DNA of 59,579 nucleotides from Reclinomonas americana ATCC 50394 (Eukaryota): NCBI GenBank assembly GCA_048213135.1, contig PS015122.1, positions 220,981 to 280,559 of the forward strand, read 5' to 3'. Shown piece by piece: positions 49,372 to 59,579 of this stretch (position 1 is its first letter; each line of letters starts with the position of its first letter). The notes under the pieces were generated by a model. It saw only the letters and a program-made list of their open reading frames with translations, ran no database searches and was not told where the DNA came from. The position numbers and the translations under genes were made by a program.

Positions 49372-50448
49372 ATGATGGAGAGCAGAGCGACGACAGCTAT
49401 TGTTATCATCGTGTGCACACGTGTTGGTTCTTGCGCGTTTGAGTGCGCAACAAAGAGTGGGATATTTTTGCCTGTCGTTCATGTCCGCTCTTTCATTTGC
49501 TGGCATCGTTGGCTGCTCCAGGTGTTGTGCTGTCAACGGAGTCGTGCTCGTGTACTCGTCTCTCTCTCTCTCTATATATATATGTATGTGTAAAAGATTT
49601 TCATATGCGCTTTGTGCACTGCCTGGTGCTTGAACGTGTGAATTGTACTGACGATTGCGGTGCGTGTGCAGCATCGAATGCTGGTTGCGGAACAGTGCAA
49701 AATGGAGTTGTGGCTCGTTGCGTTGACATATTTCCGCATGCACCGTCTCCTGTCGTCTCACTCTTCGTCATGTCGAACAGCGGCGTTGGAAGTGTGTCAA
49801 TTCGAGGCCGTGGATCGACCCGGCGGCAGTATCGTGGCGACCATGGTTTCAGTCCGCAGTGAGATAGGCTGCTGCGAACTGTGCGATCAGTACTCGCAAT
49901 GCCGATCGTGGACTTTCTTGGATGCCGCTGCGGCGTCGAACACTCTCGGCGTGAGTGTGTGCACGTTGAAGGCACGTAGTGATTGATAATAAGAAGTGGT
50001 GCGTGAGGAAATGCCAAGCTCATCATCGTGGTGCATGCAGAGCACCGTGCCTGCAACAGCAGCCAATGCAGAGACTAGCAACGTGTGTGGCACGCACTTC
50101 TGCTTGGTGTCGGGACGCAAGATGAGTGCGGCGGCGTATGACAGCAGCGGGTTCCTGACCAGCACGGGTGAGTCCTCGCAGAGGTGAGAGATGAGAGATG
50201 AAGAGATCTGTGACTGACGTGTTGGTTGTTTGCATGCAGATCGACCTGGTGGTGATCTCACGTGGGCGATTATCACAACAACCGGGCCACAAGCATGCTC
50301 GCTGTGGTGCTCGCAGCTGACTGCATGCGGCTCGTGGACGTTCACGGCGTCGACCAAGCAGTGTGTGCCAAAGAACGGCGTGGTGGCGACGTCGACAGGG
50401 ACGGCGTGTGCGACGAGCGGGGACTGCACGTCAGGATTGAAGATTTGA
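49372..50448 (+). CDS. Cys-rich protein with two PAN/apple domains (separate gene or 3' end of the NHL protein)
   Basis: CQFEAVDRPGGSI...CCELCDQYSQCRSWTF and DRPGGDL...ACSLWCSQLTACGSWTF..STKQCVPK...TSG*. Confidence 0.65.
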
Positions 50449-51277
50449 GGCAGAGTGCAACAGCAGATGGCATTCAATGAATCGCCAATTGACGACAACA
50501 ACGATTCATACATCTACAGGCAAGCAACAGTTGTCTTGATCACCAAGTCCAGCCTCAACACAATCACGTCTTTGCCGATCGATGCCCTTTCGGCGGTCGC
50601 AATTGAGAACTGTGATCTGCATCGAGTATAATCGTGCGGCTGAGCAATGCATCTGACGCACTTGCGTCCGTCTGAACGCTCAGCGTTTCCCGCGGTCTAT
50701 CCAACCCTCGGCAAGAGATAATTGCATTTGCTGTCAGAGATCAATTGCGTCTACTGTATGGCTGGCGCGTAGATCGCTTGAAGTCGCTGCAGCTGCAGCG
50801 CAGCGGAGTACAACAACTTTACTAATCCAACAACAACAATGCATTCACCAACAATCAAGCAACAGCTGTCAAACAGCAACACAGCTGCACGATAACAGAT
50901 CTATGCCTGCCGGTCGAGACTGGTGGAGCTGCGAATCAATGTGCGCATGCATATGCGTACAAGCAGTCGCAGCGTTCCGGGCCTACAAATCGCTGATCGT
51001 TCGAATTCGCATCCTGNNNNNNNNNNNNNNNNNNNNNNNNNNNNNNNNNNNNNNNNNNNNNNNNNNNNNNNNNNNNNNNNNNNNNNNNNNNNNNNNNNNN
51101 NNNNNNNNNNNNNNNNNNNNNNNNNNNNNNNNNNNNNNNNNNNNNNNNNNNNNNNNNNNNNNTGATGACCAATTCTCCATCGCATCACCTCCACTCTCTC
51201 ACACAATTGCGTCACTCGATTCTCACTCTCGTGTTGTGTGTGCGTGTGTATGTGTGTGAGAGGGAGAGCCAACGCAC

Positions 51278-51330
51278 CGGTACTCGAACTGGCCGTCGTC
51301 GTACTTTTCAGAGTACGAGATGCGGGGCAT
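51278..51330 (-). CDS. CKS1: CDK regulatory subunit CKS, exon 1
   Basis: MPRISYSEKYDDGQFEY(R)|GTGCGT. Confidence 0.9.
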
Positions 51331-52548
51331 GTTGAGGGCTGCGATGGTTGACACCGAGAAGGAGGACACCCCGGAACAAACTGAGCACAGCGAGGTGTGA
51401 GATCGACAGGCACCACACACGCAGGGGTGACCGCAAGAGGCGAACCGAGAAAGGGAAGAGAGCGTGTGTGAGGGGTGAGAACGCGTGCAACACGGGTGGT
51501 GTTTGCTCGAAAGATGAGAGAAAATCGCGACGGAGCAAATGGTTTTCAACGGTCCGAAAATTAAACGTTGTTGGAACGCGTCGGTCGGTGGCGCATGCCA
51601 ACCACCGCAACGGAGTCGTCTACAGTGACGGCAGCGAGGAGAAGAAATCGCAGCGGCTGTGCGCGAACGGCGGAACATTCAATCTGATCGATATCAGCCG
51701 CCGGCTCGACGCGGACAAGTGCGAGGGGAATCGGGAAAACTGCGCGACCCACGACGAGCGAAATGCAAATGCACGGGCACGCGTCTGCAGGTGGTCCTTG
51801 ATTGACCAACGGTTTGACGAGTGGCATATCAGCAGGTTGTCGGCAGAAGGTGGAGGGCGAGACAAGGTCCGGCAGCAATATCGNNNNNNNNNNNNNNNNN
51901 NNNACCGCACATGATGTTGCGAAAGCAAGCCGCCACTCCCTCTTTGCCACGCACCCTCATCCGTGTTTCGCAGAGAATTTAAGGCAGCGTCGCACACGGC
52001 GGGTGCGCCTTCGACAGGAGGCACGCCACGTTCGTCGATTTATCCGTCGGAAGACGACGACGAGGAGACGGGCAACTACTTCCGTGCGCGACCGTAAGCA
52101 GTAAAGCATCGACTCTTTTTGTGTGTGTTTGTTACATCTTCCTTTCATGCTACACAGACGCTTCATTGCCTTCGCAAGAAGAAAGAAGAGAAGAAAACGC
52201 TGGGGAAACACACCACCACCACACAGACACTGAAAACAGTTGCATCACCAATGAGCAACGGTTCGCTGCGGGGGACTGATCTGCAGACAGAGCAGGCGAC
52301 AAGAGAGAGAGAGAGGAGAAAGGGTCAACAAAGCGAGAGTTCTTTCGTAGTTAAAAAACCATGAGAAGAAGAACATACTACAGGCGGCGCACGCACAAGC
52401 AAGAAAACGGCGCGTCGCAGCACACACATAACAGACAGATCAGACAGAAAGACGGAAAGGGCGAGAGAGTGTGTGTGAGCACGAGAAAGGAGGAGAGTGA
52501 GTTGCACTCACACAGAGAGAAGGGATTGCGAGACAAAGTGGACTTGTC

Positions 52549-52717
52549 TCACTTGGAGACAGGTCGGCGGAAGAGCAGGATGTGCGGCTCAGGTCGGTGG
52601 TGCATGTAGTGAATCCATCCTCGCGACTGCTGGACGCCCAGACCGCGCCATTCGTCCTCGGTCAGCAGACGATCCTTGGGCACAAGCTTTGCCACATCGG
52701 CTGGCAGGTGCACGTGA
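52549..52717 (-). CDS. CKS1: CDK regulatory subunit CKS, exon 2
   Basis: CAG|(R)[55 protein letters not shown]. Confidence 0.93.
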
Positions 52718-53429
52718 CTGCGCGCGCACACACACAGACAGACAGAGAGAGTGAGTGAGATGATAGGCAGCAGCAGTAGGCGACAGTGTGTGTGACAAGA
52801 GGAGTCTGAGGTGACATGTCCACACCCGAGGGAAGCACGCGACGACCGACCGTTGGTCACTGGCCAGTGTGACGAAAAAAGCAATGACAACAGACGCGAC
52901 ACTCCAATAAGATGCGCACAATGCACAGGGGCACCACACACACAAAGAGAGAGACTATCGACCACAGCAGACGTAGAGAGGCAACGCAAGAGGATCACAG
53001 AGAGAAAGAAAAGTCAATGATTGAAAAGGCAGGTGGCGTCGACGCACGCAATTCGATCTTGCGGTGTGCGAGGGTTGCTATCTCTCTCTCTCTCTCTACC
53101 TGACACCCATGCACACACATTCTCTCTTGCTCTCCGTGCGCGCTCCCTCTGCAGGTCACGCCCGACAGGGCAACACCAATGCGGAAAACGACNNNNNNNN
53201 NNNNNNNNNNNNNNNNNNNNNNNNNNNNNNNNNNNNNNNNNNNNNNNNNNNNNNNNNNNNNNNNNNNNNNNNNNNNNNNNNNNNNNNNNNNNNNNNNNNN
53301 NNNNNNNNNNNNNNNNNNNNNNNNNNNNNNNNNNNNNNNNNNNNNNNNNNNNNNNNNNNNNNNNNNNNNNNNNNNNNNNNNNNNNNNNNNNNNNNNNNNN
53401 NNNNNNNNNNNNNNNNNNNNNNNNNNNNN

Positions 53430-53447
53430 CCGTACCGTACTACCTAC

Positions 53448-53496
<49 letters not shown>

Positions 53497-56400
53497 CCTC
53501 TCTCTCTCTCTTCCACTCACCGGTACGAATAGCCGCCGCAGACTTGGGCTTCATCTTTGCTCGTGCCGCCTCCAGTCGCGCATTGGCCACGGCGGCAGCC
53601 TGCAACAATCGATTTCAATCACCTTTCACACACAACGGAACCATGCAAAACGGGGAGGTACACGCAACATTGGCAGCCTCCGGAATGAACACATGCGCAG
53701 CCAGCTCCGTGAGACCCTCTTGTGACGATGTTTGCTTGCGGCTGTCGGTGACCAGTCAATAAAAAAAGCAAGTTGATCAGAACGCTGACAATCGTGACGG
53801 CGACCAACCTGAGCTTCCATCCCGTCTTCATGTCCAAGAACAGAAGCCAGACGGCCAGGGCCGTGGACAGTGCTGTGACTAACATGAAGAAGAGGATCAC
53901 AGAGCGGTAGCCGTACCTGTGAAAGCGAGAGAGAGAGAGAGAGAGAATGGATGAGTGCACAGTTGCGTCTCATCTCGCAAGGATGCGGTTGCGACAGAAC
54001 TTGTCCTTGATGGTGCCGGTGGCGGGAGCCATGGCGGCAAGACCCGCATTCTGAATGGCTTGCATCAGGCCATATGCCGTACCGACAATTTCCGGCTTGA
54101 CAACCTCCGGAACACACGGCCACAGGGCGGCGGCACACAGTGAGTACATGAGGCCGAGCGTGACCATGGGAATGTACGGGTTGATGGCCGTGAACGCCAG
54201 GATCGCGTGGGTGCCAGAGACGCCAGCGCATGAAATGACCACTATCGTATGTGGTAGTGAAGTGTGAGACATGTGGTGGAAAGGACCAACAAGAGTGAGC
54301 GAGTCCGTGCGTGCATGGGCGCGTGTGTGTGTGCGAGAAGGGAGAGAGAGAAAGTGTCGAGAAACTGAATAAGGATCTCCACACGCAAGCTCCTGTGTGA
54401 CCCACGCAACGGAACCACGGCTTGTAGCCGACGCGGTCGACCACGAAACCAAATATTGGCGACACCACAGCGGATACTGCGTCGCAGCATCGTCAGCACG
54501 ACTCCAAAGATGGTGACGTGGAGCGACTCACCAATGTACGGTATTGATGCCACACGACCAGCCTCGTCTTGTGACATGTGATTTTGCAGCTCAAAGTAAT
54601 TACTGCGATATGCGAGTGATGGTGGTGCTGCGTGAGTTCAAGAATGCCCTCTCTCTTTCCCCCGCTTTTCCGCACTTATCATGTCGGACGCAACGTGGAG
54701 ATGGAAACGAACGGGAACACGCCGCCGTAGAAGAGGACGCAGATGAAGAAGACCAGCCACAGGGAAAGCGGGAAGTAGCGCACATCCTTGAGGGAAATGT
54801 CGGCACTGGCACGACTCTGTCACACATGTGAATATCCGTATCCATGGACAGTGACCAGCAACACCACCCACGTACCCTCTCCTTCTCCTTGGCCTCGAAC
54901 TCCGCATCCGACAGCATGTGCTGCTCCTTGCGACGCTCCACTCGACGAGAACCCTCCTGAATCCGGTCCAAGACGCCAGAGAGCACACTGATGCCCACCG
55001 AGATGCCACAAATGATGGCACCTGGCACACACACACGAGGAGGTGAGTTTTCCCAACGCACGCAGTCGCCAATCGATACCACACGTAGTTCACGCACCGA
55101 CCCACAGCGCCGTGGCCATGCTCGATTTGGTGGCCACCGCCGGCGACACAGCCATATTGACGGCACTTCCCTGCAGTGCATCTGTCAGCAACCTCGTTGA
55201 CTGTTGGTTTCTGGAAGACGGGGCACTCAACAATTCGTGACACTGACAGCGTGATACCGAGCGCCATGGCCAGTTCCTTGCCGCTAAAGGTGCGTGTCAC
55301 GTACAGATTCTGCGCCACAGCTGCTCACCCGACAATGTTAGTTCTGCTGCACAGACTCAATGAGAAGCGAGTCACGCAACTGATCGACTCGCCACCGAGA
55401 CTGCGACGGGAGGGACGAGGCATGAGCGATGAGAGAGAGAAGGCGGGGATGACTGGGGACGCATCGACGTACCCAAACAGCGTCCTTCCGCAAATCATCA
55501 CAATGTACGAGTTGAGTGAGCCGCCAACAGCAAACAGAATCTGCCCAGCTGTGGTGATCAGGGCGTACAGAAAGCCACCAAAGCTGTGTATGCGAAAGAG
55601 AGAGACAGGGTGAACAAAAGTGCTGTGCCATTCCCTCGCAAGAGCAACGTACCGGATGCCAAACAAGGCGTCGATCAGGTAGCCACCAAAGAACACCATG
55701 AACGTGTTGGGAATCGAGTACACAAGGTAGAGCACTTGGTACTGGTTGGTGTCAATGTGAAGACTCTGCGGTGGAATGTGTGAGCGGAGAACAATGACGC
55801 GATCCGAATGGAGAGGCGCAACATCTTGAATGTTGGTCTGCAGCGCGGCTGGGTTGTCGTAGCAGTAGTACGAGCCTGCGATGGTGCCACGCACCGTTGG
55901 TCAGCGTGTCGACAGCTCAGCGTCGGGAACAAGAGTGTGCTCACTCACCAAACGACAACAAGCAGGCGCAGATGAGGAAGAACCAGCGGAACCAGAAGCG
56001 ATTCGGGTGACAGATGGGCAGTCGCTTTCTCGTCTCTGTTCGCTTCACGTCGTCGAGATCCTTGACCAGATCATCCAACATGTGCGCCGACCTCATGCGC
56101 GAGCCACCGGAAGCAAGCTTGCCGCCACCGCGTGATCCCAACGGGAACTCGTCGTCGAGGGGCGTGTTGGTGGAGAAGTTGGCGGAGGGGCGGTTCCTGT
56201 GTAGAGGAAAGGGAGTGTGTGAGCGAGGGAGAGAGAGAGGGAGGAGGAAGAGAGAGAGGGCGGGGAGAGAGGGCGGGGAGAGAGAGGGAGAGGTAGAAAT
56301 GTGAAGGTGAGGAGAGAGATACTAGAGAGGGAAGAGGAAGTGGAAGAGAAGGTAATGAGAGGGAGGAACGAGGAGGCGATTCTGGAGAGTGCAGAGGAAT

Positions 56401-57382
56401 GAGAGGGTGGAGAAGGGCATGAAGAGGGAAGGAATGAGAAGATCACAAAGGATTGGGGAGAGGAAGAGAACCGAAGAGGACAGATGAAAGATGAGAGGGA
56501 GCGATGTAGAAGGAAATGGAGAAGGTAATGAGAGGGAGGAACGAGGAGGCGATTCTGGAGAGTGCAGAGGTATGAGAGAGTGGAGAAGGGCGATGAGGGA
56601 AGAATGAGAGGGAAGAGAAGAGACGACGACACCAGATGAGAGATGAGAGGGAGCAGGGTGGAAGAAGAGGCACAGGAGGAATGGAGAAGGCAATGAGAGG
56701 GAGGAATGAGGAGGTGACTCTGGAGAGAGCAGAGGAATGAGAGGGTGGAGAAGGGCAATGAGGGAAGAATGAGAGGAAGGGAAGAGAGACGACGACGACA
56801 GATGAGAGATGAGAGGGAGCCATGGCAGAGAGGCAGGAGGGAATGAGAGGGAGGGATGACAGAGGGGATGCTGAAGGTCTGAGAGGCGGCAGACGAGAGA
56901 TGGCGAGGAGAAGCAGAACAGAATGGCACTGCAGATGACTCCTTCATCAATGCATCGGTATGCTCATAGAGAGACAACACGGATGAGAGACCACTGGTGA
57001 CGAGGAGAGCGACTCGCTCTCACACACACAAACATACACACACAGCGCATTCTTCACCGCCTGAGCACTGATGCAGCGAGCGGAGTCACGCAAGCAGGCG
57101 ACAATGCGTGCGCCATGGCGCCCACCCTCCCTCAGCCCACCCCTCCCGCCCCAACTGCTGCTGCATCACTGAACGCACCCACGCACAGGCGACAGCACGC
57201 CGTACCCCACATCTTGTCACCTCTTCTCTTGCTCTCTGTCTCACAGTCACTCGCCCAACTCACCATCCTTTCATGTCGCCAGTGAGCAGCGAGCTTGGGT
57301 CGCTGCCAATCAGCAGATCGCCTTCGCGGTCGTCCTCATCGACGCGCCCAAGAAGGCCAGTGCGTTCACTGGCCGAGGCCAT
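53430..57382 (-). CDS. MFSD1: MFSD1-like lysosomal MFS transporter (last exon probably in gap)
   Basis: N-terminal ERTGLL dileucine motif; SFGSYYCYDNPAALQ; YSIPNT..VFFGGYLID; GRTLFGLGGES.TVAQN; GKELAMALG..LSVSRIGS; AALWPCV...GTAYGLMQAIQNAGLA. Confidence 0.92.
56348..56825. repeat. Three diverged tandem copies of a ~165-173 bp purine-rich unit inside MFSD1 intron 1
   Basis: GAAGG(T/C)AATGAGAGGGAGGAA...CTGGAGAG(T/A)GCAGAGG recurs at 56348, 56521 and 56686. Confidence 0.9.
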
Positions 57383-57626
57383 GCTGTCAATCGGTGATTG
57401 ATTGATGATGAGAGAGACAACTGTGGGACGACATGATCGTCGAAGTCCGCAGTGCCGTTCTCTTCTCTTCTCACACAGCTAAGCAAAGTACACTGTCGGC
57501 TGGTGGGTGCAGTTGCTGCATAATTGCACATGTTCATCAAAGAGGCCAACCAACTGCAAGGCGATTGCATACATCGAGACAACTCCCTCCCTTCCCTTCC
57601 CTTCCCTCGTATACACCGCACACAGT

Positions 57627-58609
57627 TTACCGATCCATGCTCACGGTGAACGAGGTGCCACTGCGGTCTTCCGGTGGTGGCCGACCCGAGCGGTGCTCCA
57701 CCAAGTACTCCCACGCCTGCTGCAACGGCGCCAGCAACGACGGCGGCGGTGCCTCTCGTTGATCTGCAGACGCTGCCGACCTCTTGCAGAACACGTAGCA
57801 CACAGCACGTGGCAGCACCACGCCCTCGGCCGCCTGCACCTGCTCCGCACACCACACCGCCAGCACGCTCAATCCGGCGTCGCTGGCGTGGCTCTCAAAC
57901 TGCTCGGCACTCGGGCGCGACGGATCCATGACAATCGCCAAGCCGGTATCCGCGCGCAGTGCACTGGCAATGGCCGACGCCACCGGTCGCGAGTGCGCAC
58001 CGACAAACAGCACATCGGAACCAATCACTACATCACACGAGCCGACGAGATCCTCCGGCAGCGGCTGATGCCAATCCAATCGCTGTGCTCGCACGCGATC
58101 CGCAACGCCATTGGCGCTGGCACTGGAACGCACTGCCATCGCAGCGTGATGAGCCTGAGGAGACAACTCTCTCGCTCTCTCTGTCTCTCTCTCTCACCGA
58201 GCTCGCACGCCTCCTCGACAATGTCCGTGCTGATTACTTGCGTGCTCGCGTCGCCGCACAGCGCTGCCGTGAGACCGCACAGACCGGTGCCGGCACCGAG
58301 CTCCAGCACGCGACAATCGCTCAGTGCATCACTCGGCAGTCCTGCGCGCACGTGTGTGTGTGTACAAGCTCTCACTCTCACAGTTGTGCTCTCTTATACG
58401 CACACACCGGCGATCATGTCGGCGAGGATGCAGCTGGTGGCCCACACATGCGCCCACAGATGACACTTTGTGGACGACCACGACGGCATGTTCGATCGCG
58501 GATCCACCACATGCATCACTCGCAGAGACAGCGACGCCTGCTGCTCATCACTGCGACGACAGCAGCAAGGCGACAACACAAGGCACTGCTCTGCGACTTC
58601 CAATGACAT
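57627..58609 (-). CDS. METTL21/Methyltransf_16-family protein methyltransferase
   Basis: LWAHVWATSCILA; CRVLELGAGTGLCGL; VISTD; LDWH; DVVIGSDVLF. Confidence 0.88.
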
Positions 58610-58656
58610 CGTCTTCGCAACGTGTCCTATGTGTCCTCTTGCTCTTCATCCTCACA

Positions 58657-58845
58657 ATGGCGTCGGCTTCGGGTGCCTCGGATGCTGAGATCACACCGGA
58701 CGTGGTGCTGGCTTACCAGGCTCCCACAGAAGGTACGCTCAGCGGAGGTGCATGTGTGCGTTTTTTGCGGCAGTGGTCATGGCGCGGGAAATGGCGCGAC
58801 ACAAAACAAGAGAGCTTTTGTTGTCGCGCGCGTGTGTGTTGTCTC

Positions 58846-58878
<33 letters not shown>

Positions 58879-59493
58879 TGCAGCTCACATCATGAGCGCA
58901 GATTTCCTGTGTCCGTTGGAGGCCAACACGTATGGTGAGCATTCACAAGTTGTGTGTGTGTGCGTGTGTCTCTGCTGTCACTCATGTGTGTGTTTGTGGT
59001 GGGAGCACAGGCGTGGAGTTCCTGTCATTCAAGGTTGCAATTATTTTGTGGGTGATGATTGATGGGCATTGGTTGCTGAGCTGGGTGAGTTGTCGTCGCA
59101 GATTCGTGATATGGACACGCAACAGGAGATGTTCAGGGTGAGTCGCCTGGAGGAGAGTGGGAGGGGGGAGGAGAGTGGGAAGAGGGAGGAGAGTGGGAGA
59201 GGATGAGCCGCGGGAAGCGGACAAGTCGTATTCAAGTTTGTGAGAGTTTGAGAGGATGAGTGGGAAGGAGATGGAGGAAGGAGAGTGGTGCCTGCTTGAG
59301 CTTGGATGCCGCAGATGCAACACTGGAGCTGAGCGTCCAAGAGAGAGAGAGAGAGCTTGAAGAAGCTGTACTACGCACAAGCATGAGTGTGATGCACGCG
59401 GTGGAGACAGACGCAACGCAGGAGCAGAGTGTGAAAGAGAGTGGGCATGACAAGTGAGGCATGAGTGTGATGCACGTGGTGGAAGAGAGGAGA

Positions 59494-59579
<86 letters not shown>
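58657..59579 (+). CDS. UNC119: UNC119 myristoyl-binding (ciliary trafficking) chaperone, 5' part
   Basis: Spliced ITPDVVLAYQAPTE|DFLCPLEANTY|GVEFLSFK|IRDMDTQQEMFR; continues beyond the window. Confidence 0.85.
59498..59579. repeat. (GA)n microsatellite
   Basis: Directly visible; lies in a UNC119 intron. Confidence 0.95.

Noticed and set aside
51348-51914. + strand ORF upstream of CKS exon 1
   Set aside because: No recognisable motif or clear splice structure; probably promoter or intergenic sequence.
58603-58680. Apparent signal peptide MTSSSQRVLCVLLLFILTMAS upstream of UNC119
   Set aside because: UNC119 is cytosolic and this ATG overlaps the start of the opposite gene; 58657 is the more plausible start.
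59381-59484. 25-bp direct repeat GCATGAGTGTGATGCACG(C/T)GGTGGA, two copies
   Set aside because: Local duplication in a low-complexity intron; two copies only.

Overview
Gene-dense, GC-rich eukaryotic (protist-like) scaffold with many short (mostly ~60-100 nt) spliceosomal introns, microsatellites and several N gaps, so the ORF track shows only exon fragments. I rebuilt gene models by hand from splice sites and reading frame; family calls are motif recognition, not database searches. About 24 protein genes are supported: an NLR-like Ubl-HEPN-NACHT gene running off the left edge, an atypical MAPK-like kinase, a class IV aminotransferase, PH-, BAH- and TRAF-zinc-finger proteins, a catalytically degenerate ABCA half-transporter, a YjhP-like methyltransferase, ST13/Hip, PHB1, ESCO/Eco1, a pseudo-Rho-TKL kinase fusion, RPP40, NUP50, an NHL/FN3/cadherin-like secreted protein, CKS (exons in reversed order), MFSD1, a METTL21-like methyltransferase and UNC119. 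Best leads: (1) the HEPN-NACHT candidate immune receptor; (2) two candidate structured small RNAs diverging from one TATA box at ~28585, one with an SL-RNA-like layout and Sm site; (3) unusual splicing, with at least 18 shifted-register GTTGCGT/GTTGAGT/GTTTCGT donors, a U2-like AT-AC intron and a GC donor.
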